Source: Candidatus Acidiferrales bacterium | GTDB taxonomy: Bacteria; Acidobacteriota; Terriglobia; Acidiferrales; UBA7541 | Length of the DNA stretch: 51,299 bases | Direction: 5' to 3' | Assembly: GCA_049693595.1 (NCBI GenBank) | Contig: JBAVQA010000034.1 | Coordinates: 1 to 51,299 of the forward strand | Shown: in pieces, positions 9,054 through 17,780 of the stretch | Position numbering within the stretch: position 1 is the stretch's first letter | Layout: every line of letters starts with the position of its first letter | Notes under the pieces: generated by a model | What the model saw: only the letters and a program-made list of their open reading frames with translations | The model's database searches: none | Told to the model about the DNA's origin: nothing | Position numbers and translations under genes: made by a program

Positions 9054-9717
9054 TCCGCCAGAATCGTTCGACACAGTGCATTTGCAGTGTATCGTCCTGC
9101 GCGTACCGAGCTTGCGCGGGGGAAATCACCTTGCAAGAGGTTCGCGTAACTCCGAGCACACCGATGCCCGCCTCTCTGAACTCCGAGTATCGCGCGTTGT
9201 CTGCAAACCGACTGGCGGTCAGTTTTGGCAAGGCGATATACGATTCCGTCGCGAAGGCACAATTCGACAAGGCTTGAGACAGTGCTTCAGAAATTCGCGA
9301 GAGCTTGAGCTCGACAGCGACGATGCGGTCGTGAATCGGTGCCCAGCCATTCAGTTTTTGCAAAGTTCCATTTTTCTTGGACACAACGAAGCCGTTTGAT
9401 ATCAATATGGCGAGATCGCGGTCAATCGTCGATCCGAACACGGTTTCCCCTGCGGCCTTTTGCAGGCGCTTCAATGTGATCGATTGCCCCGATTCCTGAT
9501 CTGGGATATGGCGTAGCAACTCAACACGCTGAATGGGCCCAATGGGGTGATGTTGGCGGAAGGAAAGGCGTTTCGCCACCTGTGCTTGGTTGAAGGACAG
9601 ACCGACGAGATCACAAATACCCCAAGGGAGGCCAAATTCGACTTTCGTGAGGAGACTCTGACTGTGAAGCCACTTCAACACGGGCTTCGTCATCTCAGAT
9701 TCGCGGGCAAACGGCAC
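9004..9717 (-). CDS. PD-(D/E)xK-like nuclease-fold protein (MmcB-like) with wHTH-like insert
   Basis: The pattern GICDLVG...VAVELKLS fits a D...ExK nuclease core split by an insert (ITLKRLQKAAG...NGFVVSKKNGTL). It is convergent with the cassette, and the 3' ends overlap by 50 nt. Confidence 0.5.
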   Translation of the reverse strand: MPFARESEMTKPVLKWLHSQSLLTKVEFGLPWGICDLVGLSFNQAQVAKRLSFRQHHPIGPIQRVELLRHIPDQESGQSITLKRLQKAAGETVFGSTIDRDLAILISNGFVVSKKNGTLQKLNGWAPIHDRIVAVELKLSRISEALSQALSNCAFATESYIALPKLTASRFADNARYSEFREAGIGVLGVTRTSCKVISPAQARYAQDDTLQMHCVERFWRTRDNSSSVAERRVQVS

Positions 9718-10130
9718 AGGACACCTCGCCCAGATGGGCTACAGCATAGTATAGTCTGCTTCCATTGGATCGTAAATTTGTCCACGACGTATAACAATTG
9801 AGGAAACAGTTCGGGCCCAGCAGGTCGAAGCATAGCGGTATGTTCGGTCTAGCTTCAGTCTAGTTAAAGAGGTTGGTTGCACCGCGTGTTTTCCGCGTAA
9901 GCGACACCAGATGCGGCACTTGTGTGATTGGCCCTGCGTCTTGCAAAGCAGGTGCTCTCCAATTTCTTCGGTGTCATGTAGGTGTCATGCGAATCGTGAT
10001 GATTTACGGCAAAAAGCAAACAAAAGCTGAAAAGAGAAGGTGAATCTGACTTGCCCCGTTTGATCAGAACTTGCTGAATCCCCCCGATTTGTCTCGGCTC
10101 CGGCAACTTGTGATTAATTTGGTTTCAAGG

Positions 10131-10175
10131 CTGTTAACCGAAGGGTTGCTAGTTCGAATCTAGCCCGGGGAGCCA
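10131..10175 (+). repeat. att-type direct repeat, 3' half of tRNA-Asn(GTT) (left copy)
   Basis: This 45 bp is identical to 43715-43759. It reads anticodon loop CTGTTAA, stem CCGAA, variable region, T-arm GCTAG-TTCGAAT-CTAGC, acceptor CCGGGGA, G, CCA. No complementary 5' acceptor or anticodon-stem strand lies upstream. Confidence 0.8.
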
Positions 10176-10185
10176 AACTTCTCAA

Positions 10186-11325
10186 TCAGTTAGCGAGCTG
10201 TCGCGCACGTGGCATTTGAGACTGTGCCCAGTTTTGTGCCCCGTCATCTTGAATTCCCGCTAGGTTTAGCGCATTGACAGCCTGTCGCTGAGCCATCTGT
10301 CCAATGTGGCCGTAGCGCCTCGACATTCGCACTGTTGTGGACGGGCTCCATCCCATGATCGTTGCCACAACCGAAAATGGAACGCCTGCCTCAAGCATCC
10401 GAGTGCAGCCAGTGTGCCTCAGGTCGTGGAATCGACAGGAAACGCCCGCGCGAGTTTTCGCCGACTCCCAAGCTTCCTTCCAGCGGCCAATCGGTTTTGT
10501 CGGATCACTGTCATATACGACCGTCACTCCGTCCCCAGACGCTCCATAGCGTTCCGCAGGGAAAACGAAATGATTTGGCTCACGTGTTGGAAAAAGACTT
10601 GCCCAAAAGCCGAGGATCGCGACTGCACGGTCGTTTAGAGGGAGAAGGCGACCCGTTCCGGATTCAGTCTTGCTGAGGCCCACAGTGAGTGTGCAGGAAT
10701 TGAGGTCAATCTGTTCCCATTTGAGCAAGCGAAGTTCTGAGTAACGCATGCAGGTATTGAGAGCAATCAACACCGCCGGATACAGTGAGCGCGAGCGGCT
10801 TGCACGGCAGGATTCCAGCAGGGCAGTTTCCTCGTTCCGGCTGATGGCCCGCCCGATGTCCTCGCGGACTCGGAGCATACGCACGTCGGGTTGGATTGAT
10901 GCCCAAAGGCGATGCTTCCGCAGAATTGCGCGCAACGTTCCCACTTCGAGGTTGACTGTCTTAGGAGCTGCGCCCTTTTCGAGGCGAGATGCTTGATACA
11001 GCGAGATGTCGTCGGCGACGATGTCGCACAACAGCATTTTTCCGAAGTAGGGATTGATGTGTTTCAGATTTGCGCGTTCAATAATCACGCTACGGGGTGA
11101 CAAGTGAGCGGTCTTGGATCTTAGCCACGTTTCAGCGGCTGGTGAAAAGAGCTGAGCCGCGCGTGCTTTCGAAATACCGTTGAAGGAGCCTTCTAAATCC
11201 CGGTGGCGGGAGCGCTCTGCGTCTTTCGCAACAGTTTTGCTCTCGCTCTTCGTAGACTCGCGGATCGTCTGGCCCGCGAATCGGAATTTGTACCACCAAA
11301 CGTCTCCCCTCTTATAAACGCTCAT
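10186..11325 (-). CDS. int: Tyrosine-type site-specific integrase
   Basis: The 379-aa ORF has the catalytic pattern MRYSELR...HDLRHTGCT...RRYGH. It is adjacent to the tRNA-derived att repeat. Confidence 0.9.
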   Translation of the reverse strand: MSVYKRGDVWWYKFRFAGQTIRESTKSESKTVAKDAERSRHRDLEGSFNGISKARAAQLFSPAAETWLRSKTAHLSPRSVIIERANLKHINPYFGKMLLCDIVADDISLYQASRLEKGAAPKTVNLEVGTLRAILRKHRLWASIQPDVRMLRVREDIGRAISRNEETALLESCRASRSRSLYPAVLIALNTCMRYSELRLLKWEQIDLNSCTLTVGLSKTESGTGRLLPLNDRAVAILGFWASLFPTREPNHFVFPAERYGASGDGVTVVYDSDPTKPIGRWKEAWESAKTRAGVSCRFHDLRHTGCTRMLEAGVPFSVVATIMGWSPSTTVRMSRRYGHIGQMAQRQAVNALNLAGIQDDGAQNWAQSQMPRARQLAN

Positions 11326-11483
11326 CGCGCACCATCCTTTTTCGGCGGTCGTCCGCCCTTCTTGCCATTATCTCTTGCAATTTCTCGAATGCGCTCAATC
11401 CCTAATCTCTCGACGCGCGCCTCGTAGCTACGCTTGCCGAGCCAACTTGTAAACCGTTGAATCTCACTCCGCTTCATATTCAT
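11322..11483 (-). CDS. Small basic protein (53 aa) coupled to the integrase, possible directionality/DNA-binding factor
   Basis: It is below the ORF-track cutoff. The sequence is MNMKRSEIQRFTSWLGKRSYEARVERLGIERIREIARDNGKKGGRPPKKDGAR. Its TGA overlaps the integrase ATG (ATGA). Confidence 0.4.
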   Translation of the reverse strand: MNMKRSEIQRFTSWLGKRSYEARVERLGIERIREIARDNGKKGGRPPKKDGAR

Positions 11484-11627
11484 TATCCTAATCTGTTTAG
11501 GTTATAAAGTCAAGCTTTTCAGATGATAAAATCGGCTCGCGGGTAAGCGGGCAAGCCCAAGAGTAACTGGCATCCCCCACCCTGCCGCGCTCGTTCCAAT
11601 CAACGGGATGGAGCGAGGGAGATTGAT

Positions 11628-12449
11628 ATGGAACCAAAAGTCGAAACGTTGTTCGGCGAGGACCGAGAAGGGGAACGCGCGCTATGCCGCATTGAGCGCA
11701 AAATAGAAAAATGTGGATCTCGTGATTTGAACGTGTTGGTGGCTGCGGGCATGGACAGACGCGTCTTGCTTAGAGTTTTGGCCTTGGCCGCCACCGGTGA
11801 TGATACTTGGGCCGTAGAAACAATGCGGAGTCGTCAGGATTCTCTCAAGAGCATGGCTTCCCGTTTGGAAAGGCTCGCCCGGGACGCTAAGTCGTTGGTA
11901 GACGACCCGCTCTCAAAAATTCAAGTGTGGGCTTACATGCATGGGGGAGGCAGGGCGATAGGGATGCAGTGGCCCATCTTATGGAAAGATGTAATTGGAG
12001 TGCCGCTCATTCCCATTTCAATGAAAGCATTGGGTAAGTACATGAACGAAGAAGCGAAGGCATTCGGCAAATACTTGCGGATGTATGAACGTACCAACCG
12101 AACCGTAGTTATGCTGCTTGTAAATTGCTGGATGGCCTGCCTCCCAAAGCTAGACGCACAAAAGCTTAAGTCGGGTCGTAGGAAACTGTTCTCATTCGAT
12201 TACTTCGAGGAATTAGCCCGATTGTTGACTGACGCTTCTGAAGCCGCGGGTAAGGACAAAATATTCTCTGCTGATGGGCTGCGCCAGACATTTAAACGGC
12301 ACGGAACACGCATGATTCGCCTATGGCTCAAGTTTTCCGGTCCTTCTCCGCAACCGGAACCAGCTCATATGCCCGCCGTCCAGAGAAAAACTCCCCTGGC
12401 CGGTGCCCTGACAATCTCAACCTTGCATCCGGACAGATCGACCCCCTAA
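11628..12449 (+). CDS. Hypothetical protein
   Basis: The 273-aa ORF has a GAGGGAG RBS. I recognise no motif. Confidence 0.5.
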   Translation: MEPKVETLFGEDREGERALCRIERKIEKCGSRDLNVLVAAGMDRRVLLRVLALAATGDDTWAVETMRSRQDSLKSMASRLERLARDAKSLVDDPLSKIQVWAYMHGGGRAIGMQWPILWKDVIGVPLIPISMKALGKYMNEEAKAFGKYLRMYERTNRTVVMLLVNCWMACLPKLDAQKLKSGRRKLFSFDYFEELARLLTDASEAAGKDKIFSADGLRQTFKRHGTRMIRLWLKFSGPSPQPEPAHMPAVQRKTPLAGALTISTLHPDRSTP

Positions 12450-12516
12450 AATTTTCGCGAACCGTTCGTTCGAAATCGTGATTCGTCACTTATCTTCGTA
12501 GTTGGCATTAGATAAT

Positions 12517-13380
12517 ATGAATCAGTCGTTCAGAGGTGTCGTAATGGCTGAAGAACGTGGCCGGGAGAGACAGGAAAGGCAGAGAGCGACGTCCGAATCG
12601 GACCAGTGGCACGATTTCCACGAGAAATTCCAAGCCCTCTCTAACGAGGAACTCAAGGAAGGAGCCTCGCAAAGGGATTGTTTCGTCCGCGCCTATTTCA
12701 CGTACAGGAAAGGCGCTGAAATACTTCACGTCTTGAGGGATGCGCGCTGGGCCTTCGCCTTGTTCAGTGGTAGCGACAAGCCCCCGACAGAGCCGAAGGC
12801 GCCGAATACTGGGTTGACCGCTTACGGGCCTTTTTGTCTACTTGAGACGCCAGAATGTGGGCTATGGTCGCTGAGCGCAGGCGAAAGCGAAAACTTCTCG
12901 GAGCGAGCCCAAACTCTTGGAGCACGGGCCGGAGTCGCTTTGGGTTGTCCGACCGGCACCGATCCTCTCGATTCTTGGCTCCATCGGCTCCTCTGTGATT
13001 TGCGCGAAAACAGAAGCAAACTGCTCTTTGCTGATAATGGCAAAGACGGAATGATCGTTCGCGTTTGCGAGGCTTCAGCCAACTTTTGCTTGCGACTTGA
13101 GAGGAGGGCACTTGGAGCCTCGGTGTCGACTAATCCGCGAGACGGCAAACATCGCAAGCCGGAGCGCGGTGATCCAGAAGTAGCGAAGCGGCGCTCCCTA
13201 GTCCGGTCAAATCCTAACACCCCGGCTGATGAACTGTGTGCAATCCTTGATCGAAAGAGCGTTCGGGTCCCGTTTAAATGGCAGGATGCGGGGTTCAATG
13301 AGTGGACGAAAGCTTACAAGAACCCCGAATATCGGAGCCGAATCGACGTGCTCGTCTCAAAAGACAGGACGAGCGGCTGA
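12517..13380 (+). CDS. Hypothetical protein
   Basis: This is a long ORF, and the track starts it at TTG 12502. The first in-frame ATG is at 12517. It has a charged N-terminus and no motif I recognise. Confidence 0.5.
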   Translation: MNQSFRGVVMAEERGRERQERQRATSESDQWHDFHEKFQALSNEELKEGASQRDCFVRAYFTYRKGAEILHVLRDARWAFALFSGSDKPPTEPKAPNTGLTAYGPFCLLETPECGLWSLSAGESENFSERAQTLGARAGVALGCPTGTDPLDSWLHRLLCDLRENRSKLLFADNGKDGMIVRVCEASANFCLRLERRALGASVSTNPRDGKHRKPERGDPEVAKRRSLVRSNPNTPADELCAILDRKSVRVPFKWQDAGFNEWTKAYKNPEYRSRIDVLVSKDRTSG

Positions 13381-13560
13381 CGCGCACTTTCCTTCTTTCC
13401 TCTGCCTCTTTCCGTCCTTCCGTAAGTCTTTCACAACACGTGTCGCTTCAAGGCATTAGAACCCCGTTTCACTTGCGATAGATATTTTCTTTCCTCTTTG
13501 ATTCTAGTTGTTCATTTCCTGCGATGCTCGCCGGTGAACTGCGATGGAGGAGAGTCGGTG

Positions 13561-13752
13561 ATGCAAGATCGACTGTTGACCGTGAGAGAGGCTGCGACAC
13601 GTACGGGGCACAAAGAATCGACCTGGAGGGCATGGATTTTGCGCCGAGCGGTGCCTTACCACAAGTTCGGGCGCTCCATTCGCATAGCGGAAAGCGATCT
13701 GATTCGCTTGATTGAGGAATCCCGCATTCCGGCGCGGGAGCCGCGTCAATGA
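13561..13752 (+). CDS. Excisionase/AlpA-type helix-turn-helix DNA-binding protein
   Basis: It matches the HTH_17-like pattern LLTVREAATRTGHKESTWRAWILRRAVPYHKFGRSIRIAESDL. Its stop overlaps the primase-helicase start (ATGA at 13749). Confidence 0.75.
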   Translation: MQDRLLTVREAATRTGHKESTWRAWILRRAVPYHKFGRSIRIAESDLIRLIEESRIPAREPRQ

Positions 13753-15563
13753 CCATCACTGAACTTTCGGAGCGGTTCCGTATCACGCGGGTGTTGCTCG
13801 AAGCAGTAGGTGTACGGCACGAAACGGATGCCGAGGTGCGCGAATTACTTGGAGTTCACGGACGCGCGCGTCAGGACTTGGGCGGGATTGTTTTCCCGTA
13901 CCGCGATCCGCGCGATAGTCGTGTCCTGAGCCATCGCGTGCGACTCGACATACCGGTCGCAGATGGGCAGAAATATCTTTCGGAGCAAGACTGCCGCGTT
14001 CTTTTCTTCCCGCCGACTCGTGACAGCGAATTGACTGACATATCGTGTCCGGCTGTGATCGTCGAGTCTGAAAAAGCTGCGCTCGCATTGACGGCGCTCG
14101 CCGCCCGGAACGGCCAAAAGTTGCTGGTCGTGGCAACCGGCGGCGTATATGGGTGGAGGCGAAAGATCGGGATCGAATCGACTGCGGACGGTGAACGCGA
14201 AGTTGTTACCGGCCCGAGCCCGAGTTTCGATTGGGTTGTGTGGGGGGGCCGGAAAGCAATCGTCGCGTTTGATTCAAACGTGGCAGGCCGCCGCGATCTT
14301 GAAAGAGCACGGCTCTCGCTCGCGAAGGAATTGCTAAATCGGGGAGCGCAAGTGTTCATCGCCAGCACCCCGCGGCGGATAGGCGTCAACGGGCCGGATG
14401 ATCTAATCGCCGTTGCTGGTGACGATGCGGCACTTCAAATGCTCGACAGAGCGGCGCCGTTCGCCCATGTCGCAGTGACCCCTCCCACGCAAACAGGCTT
14501 TGTTCTGACGCGACTAAGTGATCTTTTCAACAAACCAGACAAGCCGGTTGATTACGTTCTCGAAAACGTGCTTGTCGCGGGTGGGCTTTCGGGGGTTTTT
14601 GCAAAACCAAAGGTGGGCAAGAGTACGTTTGCCAGGAACCTCTGCTTGGCAGTCTCCCGTGGTGAGGACTTCCTAGGGTTGAAAACGAAAAAGGGCGAGT
14701 GCATATACCTGGCGCTCGAAGAACGCGAGGAAGACATCCGCCAAGATTTTCGCGCTATGGGTGCGGATGGCAGCGAGCCTATCTACGTCCATGCCGCGAG
14801 TGCTCCGGCTGAAGGGATCGTCGCGCTCTGCGACTTGGTCCGGGAGCGGAAACCCGTTCTCGTGGTAATTGATCCTCTGTTTCGACTTGCTCGCATTCGT
14901 GACGAAAAAGCATATGCGGAGACTTACACAGCCCTCGGGCCATTGATTGACGTGGCTCGTGAAATAGGTACGCACGTCATGTTCTCCCATCACGCGGGTA
15001 AGGGTATGAAGGCCGACTCCGTTGACTCGCCTCTTGGGAGCACGGCCATCGGCGGAGCCGTTTCGACATTGGTTGTCCTCAAGCGGACAAGAAACCGCAG
15101 AACCATCGAAACAGTCCAGCGCGTGGGCGCGGACATTCCTGAGACCGTCCTGGAATTCGAGTCCAACACCCGGCGGCTCACTCTGGGCGGAACTCGCTTT
15201 GACTCGGAACGTCAGGAGTGCGAGATGGAAATCCTCGAATTCCTCAAGTCGGCGAGTGATCCACAAACGCAGGAGCAAATCCGCGACGGCGTCGAGGGTC
15301 AAACGAGGGTCATTCGCGCGGCCCTGACCGCGCTCGTGGCCGCCGCAAGAGTAGATCGGACGGGAGACGGGAAGAAGGGGAAACCATTCCTGTACGCATT
15401 CCCGAATTCTGGTTCCGAACATATAGCAGGAACCAGGAAACCAGAATCCGAAGGTCAGGGTGAAGTCACTGAAAAGAATGAGCGAATTCCGGTTCCCGAA
15501 AATTCGCAACCGTCGATGGTGGTTTCAGACGTCGAGCAGGGCGACGACACGGTGCGTCTATGA
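13749..15563 (+). CDS. Primase-helicase-like replication protein (Toprim/DUF3854-like N-terminus plus AAA_25 RecA-fold ATPase)
   Basis: The N-terminal region has a Toprim-like acidic pattern (VIVESEKAALAL...VAFDSNVAG). The C-terminal half has Walker A (FAKPKVGKST) and Walker B (VLVVIDPL) motifs. Confidence 0.75.
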   Translation: MTITELSERFRITRVLLEAVGVRHETDAEVRELLGVHGRARQDLGGIVFPYRDPRDSRVLSHRVRLDIPVADGQKYLSEQDCRVLFFPPTRDSELTDISCPAVIVESEKAALALTALAARNGQKLLVVATGGVYGWRRKIGIESTADGEREVVTGPSPSFDWVVWGGRKAIVAFDSNVAGRRDLERARLSLAKELLNRGAQVFIASTPRRIGVNGPDDLIAVAGDDAALQMLDRAAPFAHVAVTPPTQTGFVLTRLSDLFNKPDKPVDYVLENVLVAGGLSGVFAKPKVGKSTFARNLCLAVSRGEDFLGLKTKKGECIYLALEEREEDIRQDFRAMGADGSEPIYVHAASAPAEGIVALCDLVRERKPVLVVIDPLFRLARIRDEKAYAETYTALGPLIDVAREIGTHVMFSHHAGKGMKADSVDSPLGSTAIGGAVSTLVVLKRTRNRRTIETVQRVGADIPETVLEFESNTRRLTLGGTRFDSERQECEMEILEFLKSASDPQTQEQIRDGVEGQTRVIRAALTALVAAARVDRTGDGKKGKPFLYAFPNSGSEHIAGTRKPESEGQGEVTEKNERIPVPENSQPSMVVSDVEQGDDTVRL

Positions 15564-15895
15564 CTCAAGTTGCTGAAATCTTGACCGAGCTTCGCGGGCG
15601 TGGAGTAAGCGTCACGGTCGAAGGTGACATTCTCTGTCTCAGACCGAGGCGTGCGTTGGACGATGCGTTATTGGCCCGTGTGCGAGACTCGAAGCCTGCC
15701 ATTTTGGAGGTCTTACGAAAACTTACGTCGAATTGTGTGGCGACGCCCGCCCAAATCCAAGCGACCGCGATGTGCTGGCATTGCCGTGGATCGGGGGAAT
15801 GCAATTGCTCGACATGCGGCGTGATGAAACCGTCCACCATATGGGCGGCGGGGGAATGCGTTGCTTGCAAACCTGGGAAGGCTCGGGTTCAGTGA
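15560..15895 (+). CDS. Hypothetical protein with TubC_N-like N-terminus and Cys-rich C-terminus
   Basis: It has an ATGA overlap with the primase-helicase gene. The N-terminus is ILTELRGRGVSVTVEGDILCLRPRRALDDALLARV. The C-terminus is CWHCRGSGECNCSTCG...CVAC. Confidence 0.55.
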   Translation: MTQVAEILTELRGRGVSVTVEGDILCLRPRRALDDALLARVRDSKPAILEVLRKLTSNCVATPAQIQATAMCWHCRGSGECNCSTCGVMKPSTIWAAGECVACKPGKARVQ

Positions 15896-15930
15896 ATGCG
15901 AATGCCGGAGACACCGAAGGGACCTGAATC

Positions 15931-16149
15931 ATGCCGAGGATTTGCAACAGAGAAGGTTGCGGGAAACGAATCCTGGCGAAAGATGGCACCCCGGATTATC
16001 GGAAGCACTTCTGTGGTGCGACGTGCCTGAAGATCGACAAGCGCGAGCGATTGCGAGCGAAGAGGACTCGGCTGGAGGATCGCCGCTGTCCTCATTGCGG
16101 TCGAAAGTCCGCCCTCGGTGCTAACACCGACAATAGCACCGAGGTTTGA
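15931..16149 (+). CDS. Small zinc-ribbon-like protein
   Basis: The 72-aa ORF has CxxxxC...CxxxC...CPHC cysteine pairs. Whether it is coding is uncertain. Confidence 0.4.
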   Translation: MPRICNREGCGKRILAKDGTPDYRKHFCGATCLKIDKRERLRAKRTRLEDRRCPHCGRKSALGANTDNSTEV

Positions 16150-16493
16150 CGAGTTCGGGAGGCATCCTCCAATGGCCGTGTGAAGCTTCACCAAACGCGT
16201 GGCGACGCGCAGTCGTGTGGGCCGGGGCGCGTACGCCGAAACGTGACATTGAGCGTCCCCAAAAGCCCGCCTTGAGAAAGTAGCGCTATTGGATTATGTC
16301 GAAGGGAGAAGTCGAACATGAGGCGCGAGAAAAATACGGCTGCTAAACAGTGGGCGGAAGTCGGATGGACCGAGTTAGCTTTTTCCAGTGAAGGCAGCGG
16401 AAAAAGTGGCAGGGTAGCCAGTGGTCTAGGTCGGACGAGATTGTTAACAAATGCCAGGGTTTTCGCAGAGCGGTAATCACTGAAGGCAGTGAA

Positions 16494-16829
16494 TTGACGG
16501 GCCGTCCAAACAAAATGTTGGCTGCGCTGGCCGCGAGAGTGAGGTTGGGCGTCGCGAAGGAAAGGGAGGATTCCCTTGAGGAAGCGAGGCTTCTCACACC
16601 CGAGGAAGAGCTAGAGCAACGCAGGTTGGAACTGACGAACGGCCTGACGGTCATGCAGCGGCTCTTTCTTTTTGGGAAGCTGAGCGGGTTGAACGACAAA
16701 GACGCGGCGATTGCGGCGGGGTATTCGGTGAGCGTGGCCGAGAACACCAAACAGAGGATTTGGAAACCGCGTGTCCGTGTGGAGTTTGAGCGATTGCAGC
16801 GCGGCCCGCAGAATGCGAATCGGGAATGA
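16494..16829 (+). CDS. Terminase small subunit-like HTH protein, paralog 1
   Basis: The core LSGLNDKDAAIAAGYSVSVAENTKQRIWKPRVRVEFERL resembles the Terminase_2 N-terminal HTH. The start is uncertain, either TTG 16494 or ATG 16515. Confidence 0.6.
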   Translation: MTGRPNKMLAALAARVRLGVAKEREDSLEEARLLTPEEELEQRRLELTNGLTVMQRLFLFGKLSGLNDKDAAIAAGYSVSVAENTKQRIWKPRVRVEFERLQRGPQNANRE

Positions 16830-17074
16830 CGAACCGCAAGAAACCAAAGACTGACACGGCCCCGCCAATCGGGGAAAAACTCCTGACGCTGCGGGAAGCG
16901 GCGGACGTGCTGCGCCTCAGCACGCGAACGGTGCGGGAATACGTTCATCTGGGAAAGATTGAAGGCCGGATCATCGGTGGACGATGGAGACTTAGGCGTG
17001 CAGACCTTGACGCTTTCTTTGAAAACGCGCCGCGTAACTGGGATTTCGTTGGAAAGAATGAACACGGGGATTAG
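16826..17074 (+). CDS. Excisionase-family helix-turn-helix protein
   Basis: It matches the pattern LLTLREAADVLRLSTRTVREYVHLGKIEGRIIGGRWRLRRADLDAFF. It has an ATGA overlap with the preceding gene. Confidence 0.75.
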   Translation: MTNRKKPKTDTAPPIGEKLLTLREAADVLRLSTRTVREYVHLGKIEGRIIGGRWRLRRADLDAFFENAPRNWDFVGKNEHGD

Positions 17075-17674
17075 ATGGTGAACGGACGCACATATCCGCG
17101 ATACAGGTACGAAGGACGTTTCTACGGACGCAGAGTGAACTGCGAATGTGTTCCAGCGTTGCCTGCGTGGGCCGTGCGCGAAGTCTTGGACGATCCGCGA
17201 AAGATTCGTTATCTCTTAGTCTGGAAGAGTTCGTGGGATGGCGAAGTCAAAGAGGCCGTACGCGTGGCATATCTCGGTCGCACGCCGTACCTCCCCGAAG
17301 GTGATTCGATAGAGGTCAAGCGCACCGACGGAAGCGTCGTACATCTCCGAGCTTTCAAGCGGCCCGTTCCCAGAAATGGTGGACGGGTTCTCTTGCTTGC
17401 ATGCCCCTGGTGTTGCACTCTCAGGCGTGCCTTGTACGGTTGGGAGCCAAGTGAAAACCATACTAGCAGCGCTCGGAGGGCGCAGTGGCAGTGCCGACTC
17501 TGCGCTGGTTTGAGGTACGCCTCGGAAGGTGGTGCGCTGGTACTTCGGTCGCGTTGCGCGATGCTTCGCCCATTGTCGGGCCTATCTAGCCCGCGTCCTG
17601 AACCCTGGTTCCCCTACATCTTTTCCTCTCCGGCTGACGCAGCGGCTGCTGGATTCGTCACATTAACGCCATAG
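17075..17674 (+). CDS. Hypothetical protein with paired-Cys (zinc-ribbon-like) motifs
   Basis: The 199-aa ORF starts immediately after the previous stop. It contains CPWCC...CRLC. Confidence 0.5.
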   Translation: MVNGRTYPRYRYEGRFYGRRVNCECVPALPAWAVREVLDDPRKIRYLLVWKSSWDGEVKEAVRVAYLGRTPYLPEGDSIEVKRTDGSVVHLRAFKRPVPRNGGRVLLLACPWCCTLRRALYGWEPSENHTSSARRAQWQCRLCAGLRYASEGGALVLRSRCAMLRPLSGLSSPRPEPWFPYIFSSPADAAAAGFVTLTP

Positions 17675-17780
17675 AGCGGAGTGCAGTTCAGAAGTAATGA
17701 ATAGGTCGGACGAAAGCTGTTAACAAAAGCTAAGGTTGCCGAGGGTTCGCGGAAAGAAGTCAAGCACGTCAGGAGGTCGG

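Noticed and set aside
10090-10175. Possible intact tRNA gene next to the integrase
   Set aside because: Only the anticodon loop through CCA is present. The upstream sequence lacks the complementary acceptor strand (TCCCCGG), a D-arm and the 5' anticodon-stem strand (TTCGG). The same is true of the copy at 43715-43759. I therefore call both att repeats, not tRNA genes.
14673-15509. 278-aa minus-strand ORF inside the primase-helicase gene, and similar long antisense ORFs at 216-560, 1833-2432, 13871-14389, 16343-17065, 21421-22059, 44417-45145, 46013-46507, 48705-49379 and 50327-50920
   Set aside because: These are shadow ORFs antisense to genes with clear motifs. Their composition is Arg/Ser/Pro-rich and low in information, and none has a convincing RBS.
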